Shown here in pieces: positions 41,323 through 53,316 of a stretch of DNA of 64,000 bases (its first letter is position 1; each line of letters starts with the position of its first letter). A program made the translations under genes and the position numbers. The stretch spans positions 2,627,694 through 2,691,693 of the forward strand of contig OY282378.1 in the NCBI GenBank assembly GCA_958295835.1, given 5' to 3'. Source of the DNA: an uncultured Gammaproteobacteria bacterium (lineage in GTDB: Bacteria; Pseudomonadota; Gammaproteobacteria; HK1). The notes below the pieces were generated by a model. The model made no database searches and was not told the DNA's origin. It saw only the letters and a program-made list of their open reading frames with translations.

Positions 41323-41990
41323 GGGTTCTCGGTCGGGCCAGTCCACGCCCGGCCGTTGCACGATTCTTTCACTGAATTCCATCTATCCGCAAGCGCGAGG
41401 TATTCCCGGTGCACCGTGTCGACGCGCTCGCGCAGCATTGCGAGGCCCTCGGTGTTGTCGATCACCGTGTCCGCGACCGAGAGCCGGTCCGCGCGAGTCG
41501 CCTGACTGTCGATCATGGCGGCAATCGTCTCCCGGCGACTGCCGTCGCGGGCCGCGGCGCGCGCCGTCTGAAGCGCGCGTGGCGCGTCCACGACGATGAC
41601 CCGATCCATCGCGTCCGCCTGGCTCGTCTCCACGAGCAAGGGGATCACGAACAGGACGTACGGCGCATCGGACGATGCAGCGAACGCCAGCATCGCGTCG
41701 CGTACCCTTGGATGCAGTATCGATTCGAGCTTTCTGCGATCGTCGTCGTTGTCGAAGATGCGCTCGCGCATCCTCGCTCGATCGAGGTGCCCTTGCTCAT
41801 CGAGAACACCGGTTCCGAACGCTTCCACGATCTCCGCCAACGCGGGCGCGCCAGGCTCGACCAGCCGGCGGGTGACCACATCGGCGTCGATCACCGGTAT
41901 GCCGAGCTCCTCGAACCGCCGCGCGGCCGAACTCTTGCCGGAGGCCAGCCCGCCGGTGAGCGCGACGATCATGGGGCGGTCTCGCGTCAC
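41319..41990 (-). CDS. coaE: Dephospho-CoA kinase
   Basis: LTGGLASGKS, DAD, LE.ILHP, PLL.E. Confidence 0.97.
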   Translation of the reverse strand: MTRDRPMIVALTGGLASGKSSAARRFEELGIPVIDADVVTRRLVEPGAPALAEIVEAFGTGVLDEQGHLDRARMRERIFDNDDDRRKLESILHPRVRDAMLAFAASSDAPYVLFVIPLLVETSQADAMDRVIVVDAPRALQTARAAARDGSRRETIAAMIDSQATRADRLSVADTVIDNTEGLAMLRERVDTVHREYLALADRWNSVKESCNGRAWTGPTENP

Positions 41991-42841
41991 GTCGTTCCGG
42001 CCAGGTATTCAAGCCCGAGCATGATCACGGTGTCGCCGCAGTAGAACACGAACAGGCCCGCGGCGGCGAGATACGGCCCGAAAGGCAGCGGCGTTTCGCG
42101 CGAGGCTCGCCCCCCCGCGACGAGCGCGATGCCCGCAATCGCCCCTGCCAGTGACGCGAGCATCAGGATCGCCGGAAGCGCATGCCATCCGAGCCATGCC
42201 CCAAGGAGCGCAAGCAGCTTGAAGTCTCCGTACCCCATCCCCACCCGGCCGGTCAGAAGCTTGAATCCGTGGGAGACGGTCCAGAGAACGACATATCCGG
42301 CCATCGCTCCGATGACGCAGTCGCGCAACGGCGCGAAGGTCCCGGGCAGGTTGAAGGCGAGCCCCGACCAGAGCAGTGGCATCGTGATCTCATCGGGCAG
42401 CAGCCGGGTTTCGATGTCGATGGCGCTCGCCGCGAGCAGTCCCCATCCGAGCAGACAGGCGCCGACCGCGGCGGCGCCGACACCAAAACGAATCGCCGCC
42501 ACGCCTCCGACGAGTGCGCCGCAAATCTCGACGATCGGGTAACGCACCGGAATCCGCCACCGGCACACGGAGCATCGACCGCCGAGCATGACGTAGCTCA
42601 CGACGGGAATGTTCTCGAGCAGGGAGATTCGGTGTCCGCAGGCCGGGCAGGCCGAGGGCGGCCGAACGAGATCGAATCTCGTGGGCTCGCGGGGAGGGGT
42701 CTCCTTCAGGATCTCGAAGCACTCGGCGCGCCACGCCGTCTCCATCATGCGCGGCAGCCGGTGGACTACGACGTTGATGAAGCTTCCGGCCGCCAGCCCA
42801 AGCAGGAGCATCGCGACGACGAACACCTCGGGGTTCGCCAT
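41987..42841 (-). CDS. pilD: Prepilin peptidase/N-methyltransferase
   Basis: GSFINVV..RLP, two CxxC pairs, LLPD, GMGYGDFKL, PFGPYL. Confidence 0.97.
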   Translation of the reverse strand: MANPEVFVVAMLLLGLAAGSFINVVVHRLPRMMETAWRAECFEILKETPPREPTRFDLVRPPSACPACGHRISLLENIPVVSYVMLGGRCSVCRWRIPVRYPIVEICGALVGGVAAIRFGVGAAAVGACLLGWGLLAASAIDIETRLLPDEITMPLLWSGLAFNLPGTFAPLRDCVIGAMAGYVVLWTVSHGFKLLTGRVGMGYGDFKLLALLGAWLGWHALPAILMLASLAGAIAGIALVAGGRASRETPLPFGPYLAAAGLFVFYCGDTVIMLGLEYLAGTT

Positions 42842-42853
42842 CCGGTCGAGCTC

Positions 42854-45445
42854 TCAGGCGGCTCGCGGGTGCCGGGCCGTGAATACGATCTTCCCGGCGG
42901 CGACGTCCACCCTGACGGTATCGCCGGGCGAGAACTCGCCGGCCAGCACCGCCTGTGCGAGCGGGTTCTCGATGCGCTGCTGAATCGCCCGCTTCAGTGG
43001 GCGCGCTCCGTACACCGGATCGAATCCGGCCTCGCCGAGCAACGTCATCGCGGCGTCCGATACATCGAGGCGGAGGTGCTGGTCGGCGAGACGGCCGGCG
43101 AGGCCGTCGAGCTGAATCCGCGTGATGGCGTGAATCTGATCGGCATCGAGCGAATGGAACACCACGATCTCGTCGATCCGATTGATGAACTCGGGGCGGA
43201 AATGCTCGGTCACGCTGGCCATGACCGCAGGCCTGATCGCGTCACGGTCGTTCCTCTGTGCGAGCTCCTGAACCACCTGAGAACCGAGGTTCGAGGTCAT
43301 CACCACCACGCAGTTTCGAAAATCCACGGTGCGTCCGTGTCCGTCGGTCAGCCGGCCGTCCTCGAGCACCTGGAGAAGCACGTTGAAGACGTCGGAATGC
43401 GCCTTCTCCACTTCGTCGAGAAGCACGACCGACCAGGGACGGCGCCGAATCGCCTCGGTCAGGTATCCGCCTTCCTCGAACCCTACGTATCCGGGTGGAG
43501 CGCCGATGAGACGTGCGACCGAATGCTTCTCCATGAATTCGGACATGTCCATCCGAATCATCGCATCCTCGGTATCGAACAGGAACTCCGCCAGCGCCCG
43601 GGTGAGCTCGGTCTTGCCGACCCCGGTCGGGCCGAGAAACAGGAACGAGCCGTTGGGACGGCGCGGGTCGGAGAGCCCGGCGCGCGCCCGGCGAATCGCG
43701 TTGGCGATGGCTTCGACCGCCTCGTCCTGACCGACGACCCTCGCGTGCAGCGCCTCCTCCATGCGCAGCAGCTTGTCTCGTTCACCTTCGAGCATCCTGG
43801 TCACCGGAATGCCGGTCCACTTCGACACGATGCCGGCGATCTCCTCCTCGGTCACCGAGTGGCGCAGCAGCCGCATCTCCCGGGTCTCGGCGTGTCCGGC
43901 GTGCTCGATCTGCTTCTCGAGCTCGGGAATGCGCCCATACTGCAGCTCGGCCATGCGCGTGAGATCGCCGCCGCGCTGCGCCGTTTCGAGCTCCGTACGT
44001 GCACGTTCCAACGCCTCCTTGACGTGCTGGACGCCCTGTACCTCGGCCTTCTCCGCCTTCCAGATCTCTTCGAGATCCGAGAACTCCCGCTCCGCCGCGG
44101 CGATCTCGGATTCGAGTCTGGCAAGCCGGTCGCGGGAGGCGTCGTCGTTCTCCTTGCCAAGCGCTTCGCGTTCGATCTTGAGCTGGATCAGCCGCCGTTC
44201 GAGCCGATCCATGGACTCGGGCTTGGAGTCGATCTCCATCCGGATCCGGCTTGCGGCCTCGTCCACGAGGTCGATGGCCTTGTCCGGAAGCTGCCGATCC
44301 GAGATGTAGCGGTGGGACAACGTCGCGGCGGCCACGATCGCGGGGTCGCTGATCTCCACCCCGTGGTGGACCTCGTAGCGCTCCTTCAATCCGCGCAGGA
44401 TCGCAATCGTGTCCTCGACGGCAGGCTCATCGACCAGGACCTTCTGGAACCGCCGTTCGAGCGCGGCGTCCTTCTCGACGTATTGCCGGTGCTCGTCGAG
44501 AGTGGTGGCGCCGACGCAGTGCAGCTCGCCCCGTGCGAGCGCGGGCTTGAGCATGTTTCCGGCGTCCATCGCGCCTTCCGCCTTGCCGGCCCCCACCAAC
44601 GTGTGGATTTCGTCGATGAACAGGATGATCCGGCCTTGCTGCTTCGCCAGGTCGTTGAGGACGGACTTCATTCGCTCCTCGAACTCGCCCCGGAACTTCG
44701 CCCCGGCAATCAGCGAGCCCATGTCCAGCGCCAGGAGACGTTTGCCCTTCAGTCCCTCCGGGACTTCGGCGTTGACGATCCGCTGGGCCAGCCCTTCGAC
44801 GATCGCGGTCTTGCCGACCCCGGGCTCGCCAATCAGCACCGGGTTGTTCTTGGTCCGCCGTTGTAGTACCTGGATGGTTCGACGGATCTCGTCGTCACGT
44901 CCGATGACCGGATCGAGCTTCCCCTGCTCGGCGCGCTCGGTGAGATCGATCGTGAACTTCTCGAGCGCTCGGCGGTGTTCTTCCGCATCCGGATCGGTCA
45001 CCGATTCGCCATCGCGGATCGCATCGATCGCTTCCGCCACGGATCGTTTCGAAGCGCCGTTGCGGGTCAGGAGATCGGCCATGCGTCCGCCCGCCTCGAA
45101 GCAGGCGAGCACGAACAACTCGCTCGATATGAACTGATCCTTTCGCTTCTGTGCGAGCTTGTCGCAAAGATTGAGGTGGCGCCCGAGCTCGTTGGAAACC
45201 TGCACGTCGCCGGCCACGCCGCGGACCCGAGGCAGCGAGTCGAGCGTGATACCGAGCTGCGAGCGCAGGGCGTTCACGTTCACCCCGGCCTGAGCGAGAA
45301 GGTGGCGTACCGTGGCGCCTTGCTGGTCGAGCAGCGCCGCCATCACGTGTACCGGTTCCAGGAACTGGTGGTCGTGGCCGATCGCGAGGCTCTGGGCGTC
45401 CGAGAGCGCCATCTGGAACTTGGTCGTGAGCTTGTCCATTCTCAT
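42854..45445 (-). CDS. clpB: Chaperone ClpB
   Basis: MRMDKLT start; two AAA+ modules ([16 protein letters not shown]) and middle coiled coil. Confidence 0.99.
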   Translation of the reverse strand: MRMDKLTTKFQMALSDAQSLAIGHDHQFLEPVHVMAALLDQQGATVRHLLAQAGVNVNALRSQLGITLDSLPRVRGVAGDVQVSNELGRHLNLCDKLAQKRKDQFISSELFVLACFEAGGRMADLLTRNGASKRSVAEAIDAIRDGESVTDPDAEEHRRALEKFTIDLTERAEQGKLDPVIGRDDEIRRTIQVLQRRTKNNPVLIGEPGVGKTAIVEGLAQRIVNAEVPEGLKGKRLLALDMGSLIAGAKFRGEFEERMKSVLNDLAKQQGRIILFIDEIHTLVGAGKAEGAMDAGNMLKPALARGELHCVGATTLDEHRQYVEKDAALERRFQKVLVDEPAVEDTIAILRGLKERYEVHHGVEISDPAIVAAATLSHRYISDRQLPDKAIDLVDEAASRIRMEIDSKPESMDRLERRLIQLKIEREALGKENDDASRDRLARLESEIAAAEREFSDLEEIWKAEKAEVQGVQHVKEALERARTELETAQRGGDLTRMAELQYGRIPELEKQIEHAGHAETREMRLLRHSVTEEEIAGIVSKWTGIPVTRMLEGERDKLLRMEEALHARVVGQDEAVEAIANAIRRARAGLSDPRRPNGSFLFLGPTGVGKTELTRALAEFLFDTEDAMIRMDMSEFMEKHSVARLIGAPPGYVGFEEGGYLTEAIRRRPWSVVLLDEVEKAHSDVFNVLLQVLEDGRLTDGHGRTVDFRNCVVVMTSNLGSQVVQELAQRNDRDAIRPAVMASVTEHFRPEFINRIDEIVVFHSLDADQIHAITRIQLDGLAGRLADQHLRLDVSDAAMTLLGEAGFDPVYGARPLKRAIQQRIENPLAQAVLAGEFSPGDTVRVDVAAGKIVFTARHPRAA

Positions 45446-45517
45446 CGCGAGCTTCCTTCGCCGATGCCGGGATCCGGGGTGAATTCCGGATTCGTGCCGA
45501 GACTGTCGATATCGGAT

Positions 45518-45545
45518 AGATGCGGTTACCGGTATCGGAATCAAG
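45518..45545 (-). promoter_or_regulatory. Sigma32 (RpoH) promoter of clpB
   Basis: - strand CTTGAT-14 bp-CCGCATCT versus consensus CTTGAA-N13-15-CCCCATNT, about 70 nt upstream of clpB. Confidence 0.7.
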
Positions 45546-46347
45546 CGACGCTCGTGGAGCCGAGCCGCTCTCCGGCGTCGTGCGGGTCGGGGCTGGAATC
45601 GTGGATCCACGCCAGGGTCGCGAACCGTCCCGTCATGCCGTCGCGTCGATGCGAGAAGAACCGGCTTCGATCCCGGCAGGTGCAGAAACCGCCGCCGTAG
45701 ATGCGCTCGACCCCCAGCGATTCGAGCTGGTATGCCGCGATCGCGTACAGATCCGCGAGCCATCGGCCCATTCGCGCCGGAGACGGGACGAACGCGCGCC
45801 GCGCGCCGGGAGCGGCAGCAAGACACGCGTCGCGAACCTCCGGACCGACTTCGTAGGACTCCGGCCCGATCGCGGGGCCGAGCCATGCGAGCAGCTCGCG
45901 GCCCGGACGGTCCATGAAGGCGATGCAGCTCGCGATGACCCCGTTTGCGAGTCCGCGCCACCCGGCGTGCGCGATGCCGATCCGGGTTCCGGTGGCATCG
46001 CAGAGCACTACGGGCAGGCAATCCGCGGTCAACACCGCGCACGGCGGCGAGCCGGCTTCTCCCACGCTGGCGTCGGCCCGCGGCGCTCGACGGTAACGCG
46101 CCGCGGGCACGACGTTCGATCCGTGCACCTGGTCGAGCCAACATGGTTCATGCGCGAGCCGGAGGGCCGACCGTACCCGAGCGCGATTCCGGGCCACCGC
46201 GGCCGGGACGTCGCCGGCTCCCGCGCCGAGATTGAGCGATGCGTACGGAGACCGGCTCTCTCCACCGGAGCGCGTCGTGGTGACCGCGCGCACGCCCGGC
46301 GGAGCCGGCCAGCTCGGCGTAATCCAGCCCGGACGGCTTCCAGTCAT
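45541..46347 (-). CDS. pgeF: PgeF/YfiH family protein
   Basis: QVHG, TADCLPV, HAGWRG, GPAI, FSHRR. Confidence 0.96.
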   Translation of the reverse strand: MTGSRPGWITPSWPAPPGVRAVTTTRSGGESRSPYASLNLGAGAGDVPAAVARNRARVRSALRLAHEPCWLDQVHGSNVVPAARYRRAPRADASVGEAGSPPCAVLTADCLPVVLCDATGTRIGIAHAGWRGLANGVIASCIAFMDRPGRELLAWLGPAIGPESYEVGPEVRDACLAAAPGARRAFVPSPARMGRWLADLYAIAAYQLESLGVERIYGGGFCTCRDRSRFFSHRRDGMTGRFATLAWIHDSSPDPHDAGERLGSTSVA

Positions 46348-47297
46348 CGGGGATCGGCGGCCTCGGCGCGAAGCGCTTCGACGAGTCCCTGAATGTCGGA
46401 CGCCAGTGCGCTCTCGATCTTCAGCGTCCGGCCCGAAACCGGGTGGCTGAGCGACAGGTGCCGGGCATGGAGGGCTTGGCGGGCGAATGCGGACACCGCA
46501 TCCGGTGCATCGGTCGCGCGCGCGGGAGCGCGGCGCTTCCCGTACGTCGAATCTCCCACGATCGGATAGCCGACATGGGCAAGATGCACACGGATCTGGT
46601 GTGTTCTTCCGGTCTCGATCTCGACCTCGAGCCGTGCGTGATGCCGGTAACGCTCGACCACTCGATAGCGTGTGACCGCGTGCTTGCCGCCAGCCTCCAC
46701 CGCCATGCGGGTGCGGCGTGCACGGTCCCGCCCTATCGGCGCCTCCACGGTCGCGCGCGGAGGCGGTGAGCCGGTCACGACGGCTTCGTAGACCCTCTCC
46801 ACCTCGCGCGCCTTGATCTGGGCGACGAGGCGGGTGTGCGCGTGCAGCGATCGTGCGATGAGCATGAGTCCCGAAGTGTTCTTGTCCAGTCGATGAACGA
46901 GGCCGGCGCGCGGAATCGCCCGCAGCCCCGGATCATGTGCGAGCAGACGATTGAGGAGGGTTCCGTCGCGATTGCCCGCCCCAGGGTGGACCACGAGCCC
47001 CGGAGGCTTGTCGAGCACGAACAGATCCGGATCGTCGTAGAGGACGGCAAGTGGCCCCGGTTGCGCGGCCGACCGGCCATCACCCTCGACGGTGCAGACG
47101 ATACTGATCCGCTCTCCGCCCGCGACCCGATCCCTGACCCGTACCACCGCACCGTCGAGGGTCGCGACGCCGGCGCGGATCCATTCCTGGATTCGAGTCC
47201 GGGAGTGCTGCGGGAAGATCTTCGCGAGCGCCTGATCGGCTCTCGACCCGGACAGCATGCCGGGTATGACTCCATCGAGTCGGATGCGTTGCGTCAC
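46344..47297 (-). CDS. rluD: 23S rRNA pseudouridine synthase RluD
   Basis: S4 domain, KPPGLVVHP, HRLDKNTSG, TGRTHQIRVH; GTG start estimated. Confidence 0.96.
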   Translation of the reverse strand: MTQRIRLDGVIPGMLSGSRADQALAKIFPQHSRTRIQEWIRAGVATLDGAVVRVRDRVAGGERISIVCTVEGDGRSAAQPGPLAVLYDDPDLFVLDKPPGLVVHPGAGNRDGTLLNRLLAHDPGLRAIPRAGLVHRLDKNTSGLMLIARSLHAHTRLVAQIKAREVERVYEAVVTGSPPPRATVEAPIGRDRARRTRMAVEAGGKHAVTRYRVVERYRHHARLEVEIETGRTHQIRVHLAHVGYPIVGDSTYGKRRAPARATDAPDAVSAFARQALHARHLSLSHPVSGRTLKIESALASDIQGLVEALRAEAADPR

Positions 47298-47433
47298 CGG
47301 TCGGCTCACGAGGCTGCGTCGCGGGGGTTCCGGAACACCGGGCGCTTGGGTGTGAGAAGAGCCACGGGTACGCGGCTGCGCGCGGCCACTGTCCGGCCGG
47401 GAAGCGGGCTCCATATCCTGTTAGTCTTTGAAC

Positions 47434-48216
47434 ATGACACGGATCATGCGCTTCATCGTCCTTGCCCTCGTTGCCGTTGCGGCGGCGGGGTGTTCCATGT
47501 GGGGTCAGGAACAGGACCCGACCAGGGATTGGTCCGCGCAACGTCTCTACGACACCGCGAAGGGCCATCTGGAACGTGGAGCTTATGAGCAGGCGATAGA
47601 GTACTACGAGAAGATCGAGGTTCGATATCCGTTCGGCCTGCTCGCGATGCAGGGCCAGATGGATCTCGTCTACACGTATTACAAGTCCGATCAGCCAGCT
47701 TCGGCGATCGCCGCCGCGGACCGCTTCATCAAGCTCCATCCACGTCACCCGAACGTCGATTACGCCTACTACCTGAAGGCGCTGGTCCGCTTCGACGGAG
47801 GAGACTCCATTATGGACAGGTTCGTCACCAAGGACCTGTCGGAGCACGATGCGAACGCTGCGCTGGAGTCGTTCCGCGCATTCGAAGAGCTGGTTCAGCG
47901 GTTTCCCGAAAGCCGCTACGCTGATGATTCCCGGCAACGGATGCTGTATCTGAAGAACCTCCTGGCCAGGCATGAAATTCACGTAGCGCGTTACTACATG
48001 AAGCGCGGAGTCTGGCTTGCGGCCGCGAATCGGGCCCGCTACGTGGTCGAGAACTACCAGAGGACGCCGGCGGTCTCCGACGCGCTCGCGGTGCTGACCA
48101 TCGCGTACAGGGAGATGGGACTCGACGATCTCTCCGACGACGCAGCCCGCGTATTGAGGCTGAACTATCCGGATTATGCGGGGCTCGGCGAGCCGGGAGC
48201 GATTTCCGACCGCTGA
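47434..48216 (+). CDS. bamD: Outer membrane assembly lipoprotein BamD
   Basis: Lipobox AAGC, TPR-like, HP.HPNVDYAYY, AAANR; divergent from rluD. Confidence 0.96.
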   Translation: MTRIMRFIVLALVAVAAAGCSMWGQEQDPTRDWSAQRLYDTAKGHLERGAYEQAIEYYEKIEVRYPFGLLAMQGQMDLVYTYYKSDQPASAIAAADRFIKLHPRHPNVDYAYYLKALVRFDGGDSIMDRFVTKDLSEHDANAALESFRAFEELVQRFPESRYADDSRQRMLYLKNLLARHEIHVARYYMKRGVWLAAANRARYVVENYQRTPAVSDALAVLTIAYREMGLDDLSDDAARVLRLNYPDYAGLGEPGAISDR

Positions 48217-48275
48217 TCCCGGTCCACGCGCCGAAGAAACGGATTTCGCGCTCGTCGTAGCGGGCGCTCCCAAGG

Positions 48276-48632
<357 letters not shown>

Positions 48633-49508
48633 TCATGCATCGACCAGGGCATGAATCGCAACGCCGATTTCAGCGGCGGACCTCACCGTCCGTACGCCGG
48701 CCGCGTCCAGCGCCTCGTACTTCGCCTCCGCGGTGCCCTTGCCGCCCGAGATGATCGCGCCGGCGTGTCCCATGCGCCGACCGGGGGGGGCGGTGACTCC
48801 GGCGATGTAGGCGACAACCGGCTTGGAGACCTCGGCGGCGATGAATTCGGCCGCATCTTCCTCGGCGCCGCCGCCGATCTCGCCCACCATCACGACGCCC
48901 CGGCTGTCCGGGTCCGACTCGAACAGGCGCAGGCAGTCGATGAAGCTCATTCCATGAATCGGATCGCCACCGATTCCGATGCAGGTGCTCTGCCCGAGCC
49001 CACAGCTCGTCGTCTGATGTACTGCCTCGTAGGTGAGGGTTCCGGATCGCGACACGATCCCGATGCATCCCTTCGCATGGATGTGACCCGGCATGATGCC
49101 CATCTTGCAGGCCCCGGGGGTGATGACGCCGGGGCAGTTCGGGCCGATCAGGCAGGTATCGGGATGTCGTGCGAGCGCCGCCTTCACCTTCAGCATGTCG
49201 AGTACGGGGATGCCTTCGGTGATGCAGGCAATGACGCGCACTCCGGCCGCTGCCGCTTCGAGGATGGCGTCGGCCGCGAATGCCGCCGGTACGTAGATCA
49301 TCGTTGCATCCGCGCCGGTCTCGCGTACGGCATCCTGTACGGTGTCGAACACCGGACGCTCGAGATGCACCGCTCCGCCTCTTCCCGGGGTGACGCCTCC
49401 CACGAGATTCGTCCCGTACTCGATCGCCTGCTCGGAGTGGAACGTGCCCTGCCGGCCGGTGAATCCCTGGCAGATGACCCGGGTGCTCTCGTCGACCAGT
49501 ATGCTCAT
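48633..49508 (-). CDS. sucD: Succinyl-CoA synthetase alpha subunit
   Basis: [29 protein letters not shown]. Confidence 0.99.
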   Translation of the reverse strand: MSILVDESTRVICQGFTGRQGTFHSEQAIEYGTNLVGGVTPGRGGAVHLERPVFDTVQDAVRETGADATMIYVPAAFAADAILEAAAAGVRVIACITEGIPVLDMLKVKAALARHPDTCLIGPNCPGVITPGACKMGIMPGHIHAKGCIGIVSRSGTLTYEAVHQTTSCGLGQSTCIGIGGDPIHGMSFIDCLRLFESDPDSRGVVMVGEIGGGAEEDAAEFIAAEVSKPVVAYIAGVTAPPGRRMGHAGAIISGGKGTAEAKYEALDAAGVRTVRSAAEIGVAIHALVDA

Positions 49509-49549
49509 GGTGTGTCGCGCTCGAATCGGAACGGAGTGGTGGAGGGTCG

Positions 49550-50710
49550 TTACTTCACCGCGGCGACCGCCTTCTCGGCCGCGTCGGCGAGCGACACGGC
49601 CGGGATCACGGCAAGACCGCTCTCCGAGAGGAGCGCTCGACCACGCTCGCCGTTCGTGCCCTCGAGGCGTACGACCACGGGCACGTCCACCCCCGTCTCC
49701 CGCACCGCCTTGATGATCCCCTCCGCAATCAGATCGCAGCGGACGATGCCTCCGAAGATGTTGACGAGGATCGCCTTCACGTTCGGGTCGCTCGTGATGA
49801 GCTTGAACGCCTCGCTGACCTTCTCCGCATCGGTCCCGCCGCCGACGTCGAGAAAGTTCGCGGGCTCCCCCCCGTAGAGCTTGATGATGTCCATCGTTCC
49901 CATTGCGAGTCCGGCGCCGTTGACCATGCACGCGATGTCGCCGTCGAGGGTGATGTAGTTCAGATCGAACTGTTTCGCCCGCACTTCCTTTGCGTCGTGC
50001 TGCGAGGGGTCGTCGAGCCCTCGAAGGTCTCGATGCCTGAACAACGCGTTGTCGTCGACGTCGATTTTCGCATCGAGTGCGAGCAGCGCGCCTTCAGCCG
50101 TCTTCACGAGGGGGTTCAGCTCGAGCAGGCTGAGGTCCTTCTCCACGAAGAGCAGGTACAACCCATGGAGGATGGCGCCGAGCTGCTTGCGCTGATCCGG
50201 GTCGAGCCCGAGCGCGAATCCGATCCGCCGCACCTGGAACGGCTGCAGTCCGGCCGCCGGATCGATGAGCTCGGTGACGATCTTTCCGGGCTCGGTCGCG
50301 GCTACTTCTTCGATGTCCATGCCGCCCGCCGCGGACGCGATGATCGCGATCTGGCGCCGGCTCCGCTCGACGAGCAGGCTGAGATAGAACTCGCGCTCGA
50401 TTTCGGATGTCGATTCGATCAGGACGGTGGAGACCGGCTGCCCCTCCGCCGTCGTCTGTCGGGTCACGAGCCGGGTTCCGAGCATCGCCTCGGCCAGGGA
50501 CGAGACCTCGCCGAGGGAGCCCGCGCGCCTTACCCCACCGGCCTTTCCGCGACCGCCCGCGTGGACCTGCGCCTTGACCATCCACGCGCCCCCTCCCAGC
50601 GTTTCGGCGGCCGAACGCGCCTGCGCCGCGCTCGTCGCGGGACGGCCCGGCGGTACGGGGATCCCGTAGCCCGAGAGGAGATCCTTGGCCTGGAATTCGT
50701 GGAGGTTCAT
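49550..50710 (-). CDS. sucC: Succinyl-CoA synthetase beta subunit
   Basis: [32 protein letters not shown]. Confidence 0.99.
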   Translation of the reverse strand: MNLHEFQAKDLLSGYGIPVPPGRPATSAAQARSAAETLGGGAWMVKAQVHAGGRGKAGGVRRAGSLGEVSSLAEAMLGTRLVTRQTTAEGQPVSTVLIESTSEIEREFYLSLLVERSRRQIAIIASAAGGMDIEEVAATEPGKIVTELIDPAAGLQPFQVRRIGFALGLDPDQRKQLGAILHGLYLLFVEKDLSLLELNPLVKTAEGALLALDAKIDVDDNALFRHRDLRGLDDPSQHDAKEVRAKQFDLNYITLDGDIACMVNGAGLAMGTMDIIKLYGGEPANFLDVGGGTDAEKVSEAFKLITSDPNVKAILVNIFGGIVRCDLIAEGIIKAVRETGVDVPVVVRLEGTNGERGRALLSESGLAVIPAVSLADAAEKAVAAVK

Positions 50711-51005
50711 CGAGCGGGCCCGTCTTCCCGGGAGCGACGTCTGCGCGGAGCCGCAAGACTAGCAGCGCTCCACCGGTGGTTCCACAACGGCGGCCGGGGA
50801 TCGAGGCGGACGGCCAGGACCCGGAAACCGGACGAGAGCGCCCTGCCGCTTGCCGGAGCCATGCACCCGGCCTGCCGGATCCGGGCTGATAATATCGACG
50901 CGCTCCAGTGGCTCGGAGCTCGACTCCCCGGCGGGTGGGCGGCGACGTGCTTCGCGGACGGGGTGCCGGCCGGATCCGGCGACATGCAGCGAAGGAGAAG
51001 GATCC

Positions 51006-51440
51006 ATGGCAAGGGCAGCGCAAAGGGGCCTCACCATCATCAATCTGATGATCATCGTGGCCATCATCGGCATTTTCGCGTCCGTGGCGGTTCCTGCGTA
51101 TCACGACTACACGGTGAGGCAGAAGGTGCGGGAGGCCGTCAACCTCGCGAGTCCGGCGCGGACCGCCCTGGACATCGCGTGCTCGCAAGGAAGCCTGTCC
51201 GGAGTGGACAACGAGTCGCTTGGCCTTTCCCCCGCGAACGCCTGGTCAGGGGACCACACGCGGAGCATCGCCGCGGCGGGGCTCAGCTCGACGGAGGGGA
51301 TCGTGACGATCACGTTGAGCTCCATCGGTGGGGTGATCGCCGATGGCCGGCAGATCGTCTACACCGGCGCCTGCGGCGCCGACGGCATGCACTGGACGGT
51401 CGGCGGAGACCTGTTGCCGAAGTACTTGCCGGGGACCTGA
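51006..51440 (+). CDS. Type IV pilin (PilA-like, atypical N-terminus)
   Basis: MARAAQRG|[27 protein letters not shown] and C-terminal KYLP; AAGGAG ribosome-binding site. Confidence 0.85.
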   Translation: MARAAQRGLTIINLMIIVAIIGIFASVAVPAYHDYTVRQKVREAVNLASPARTALDIACSQGSLSGVDNESLGLSPANAWSGDHTRSIAAAGLSSTEGIVTITLSSIGGVIADGRQIVYTGACGADGMHWTVGGDLLPKYLPGT

Positions 51441-51443
51441 GTC

Positions 51444-51491
51444 GCGGGTCGTTGTCTTCGGAGTACGGATACGCACAACGGAGAGGCCCGC
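51444..51491. terminator. Imperfect hairpin between convergent pilin and suhB
   Basis: GCGGGTC/GGCCCGC outer and CGTTGT/ACAACG inner arms. Confidence 0.3.
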
Positions 51492-51500
51492 CGGGCATCG

Positions 51501-52346
51501 TCACCTTGCACAAGACTTCTCGGGTGCGGGATCAACCGCCGTCCCGGCGAGATCATGCGCCGGCGCGGGTGGGCCCATCGCCCTCAGCATCGCGCGCAGC
51601 ACCTTCGGGTTCGCCGCCGCCACGTCGCCGGACCGGACATAGTCGTCACCGCCGCCAGGTTCGGTCACAATCCCGCCCGCTTCCTGGACGAGCAACGCGC
51701 CGGCGGCGATGTCCCAGGGCGCAAGACCGAGCTCCCAGAAACCATCGAGGCGCCCGGCTGCGACGTAGGCGAGGTCCAGCGCGGCGGATCCGCTACGCCT
51801 GATTTGGACCGATCCCGATATCAACGCCTTCAGGGTCGCGAGATAGGGATCGAGTCGGTCCAGCTCGCCGAACACGAATCCGCTGCCGAGCAGGGCGCCC
51901 CTCAAGTTGCTCTTCGCCGCCACCCGGATCCGCCGGTCGTTGAGCCGTGCTCCCGAGCCGCGAGAAGCCGTGAACAGCTCCTGCCGCAGAGGGTCGAAGA
52001 CGACCCCGTGCTCCAGCCGACCCCGATGACGCACTCCGATCGACACCGCGACATGGGGGTACCCACGCATGAAGTTTGCAGTGCCGTCCAACGGATCGAT
52101 GACCCACTCGAAGTCGTTGCGCCCGTGCGTGCCGCTCTCCTCGGCGAGAAGCGCATGGTCGGGATAGCTTCTGCGGATGGTGTCGATGATGCGCCGCTCC
52201 GCGACCCTGTCGATCTCGGTGACGAAGTCGTTCGCTCCCTTCTCCCAGACGCTGAATGCGTCGAAGCGATCGATGTTGCGCGCGATGACGTTCCCTGCCT
52301 GCCGGGCGGCACGGACGGCGATGTTCAACAGCGGGTGGTTGGACAC
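51501..52346 (-). CDS. suhB: Inositol monophosphatase family SuhB
   Basis: HPLLNIAVRAAR, WVIDPLDGT, GSAALDL, WDIAAG. Confidence 0.96.
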   Translation of the reverse strand: MSNHPLLNIAVRAARQAGNVIARNIDRFDAFSVWEKGANDFVTEIDRVAERRIIDTIRRSYPDHALLAEESGTHGRNDFEWVIDPLDGTANFMRGYPHVAVSIGVRHRGRLEHGVVFDPLRQELFTASRGSGARLNDRRIRVAAKSNLRGALLGSGFVFGELDRLDPYLATLKALISGSVQIRRSGSAALDLAYVAAGRLDGFWELGLAPWDIAAGALLVQEAGGIVTEPGGGDDYVRSGDVAAANPKVLRAMLRAMGPPAPAHDLAGTAVDPAPEKSCAR

Positions 52347-52509
52347 GGTTCGGGCCGGCCGGAGGGTCCCGGCATTGTAGGCGCAAGCGCGGGCCGTCAC
52401 ACGCGTTCCGGTTCCGGGATTGTCTTCGAAGACGTTTACGGGCGAAATGGCGCGGGCCGCCCGATCGCGGCCGGATGATCCGCCACCCGTGTCCGGTGCC
52501 GGTGACGTG

Positions 52510-53316
52510 ATGAACGGAATATCCCTGCATCGGCTACGCATCGTGCTGGTCGAGCCGACCCATCCGGGGAACATCGGGGCGGCGGCTCGCGCGATGAAGG
52601 CGATGGGGCTCGATCAGCTCTGTCTTGTGGCGCCGGGACGGTTCCCGAGCGCAGAGGCGACGGCCCGGGCGGCGGGAGCCGACGACGTCCTGCATCAGGC
52701 CCGGGTCGTCGAATCCGTGGACGACGCGCTCGCCGGTTGCGGCCTCGTGCTCGGCACGACGGCGCGGCTCCGGCGGATCGAGTGGCCGGTCATCGATGCG
52801 CGCGAGGGCGCACGCCGCGCGGTTGCGCAGGCCGCGGAGACGCCGGTCGCAGTGCTGTTCGGCCGCGAGCGCTCCGGGCTCACCAATGCCGAGATCGACA
52901 AGTGCCACGCGCTGATCCGGATTCCCGCCTCGGCGAATTTCAGCTCCCTCAACGTTGCCGCGGCGGTGCAGATCGTGGCCTACGAGATCCGGCTCGCGGC
53001 GTATGGCAGGAGCGTCGTCACGGCGCCGCCGCAGGCTCGGGCCGCGACCGCGGACGAGCTCGAAGGGTTCTACCGGCATCTCGAAGCGACGCTGGTCCGA
53101 ATCGGCTACCTCGACCCGGCTGCGCCGAAGCTGCTCATGCGCCGATTGCGCCGGCTGTTCAGCCGCGCCGAGCCGGATCGGGCGGAAGTCAACATCCTTC
53201 GCGGTATCCTCACCGCGGCTCACCGCGCTTCGGTCGGCACGTCCGGCGGGACGATGGCTCCGGCGCCCGGCCCGCCCGGATCGGGGGATGATCCGGCCAA
53301 TGACGCCTCGGGGTGA
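52510..53316 (+). CDS. trmJ: tRNA Cm32/Um32 methyltransferase TrmJ
   Basis: HPGNIGAAARAMK, FGRERSGL, SLNVAAAV, NILRGIL; divergent from suhB. Confidence 0.95.
   Translation: MNGISLHRLRIVLVEPTHPGNIGAAARAMKAMGLDQLCLVAPGRFPSAEATARAAGADDVLHQARVVESVDDALAGCGLVLGTTARLRRIEWPVIDAREGARRAVAQAAETPVAVLFGRERSGLTNAEIDKCHALIRIPASANFSSLNVAAAVQIVAYEIRLAAYGRSVVTAPPQARAATADELEGFYRHLEATLVRIGYLDPAAPKLLMRRLRRLFSRAEPDRAEVNILRGILTAAHRASVGTSGGTMAPAPGPPGSGDDPANDASG

Noticed and set aside
42182-44866. 894-aa ORF antisense to clpB/pilD, and similar long shadows (3628-5253, 29775-31517, 53999-55870, 57324-59039)
   Set aside because: Stop-poor antisense frames expected from high-GC codon usage opposite well-conserved genes
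45446-46144. Apparent 233-aa N-terminal extension of ClpB
   Set aside because: Overlaps pgeF in another frame; the MRMDKL start and a sigma32 promoter lie at 45445-45545
50936-50951. Sigma54 promoter for the pilin gene
   Set aside because: Only GG-N10-GC spacing; poor match to TGGCAC-N5-TTGC
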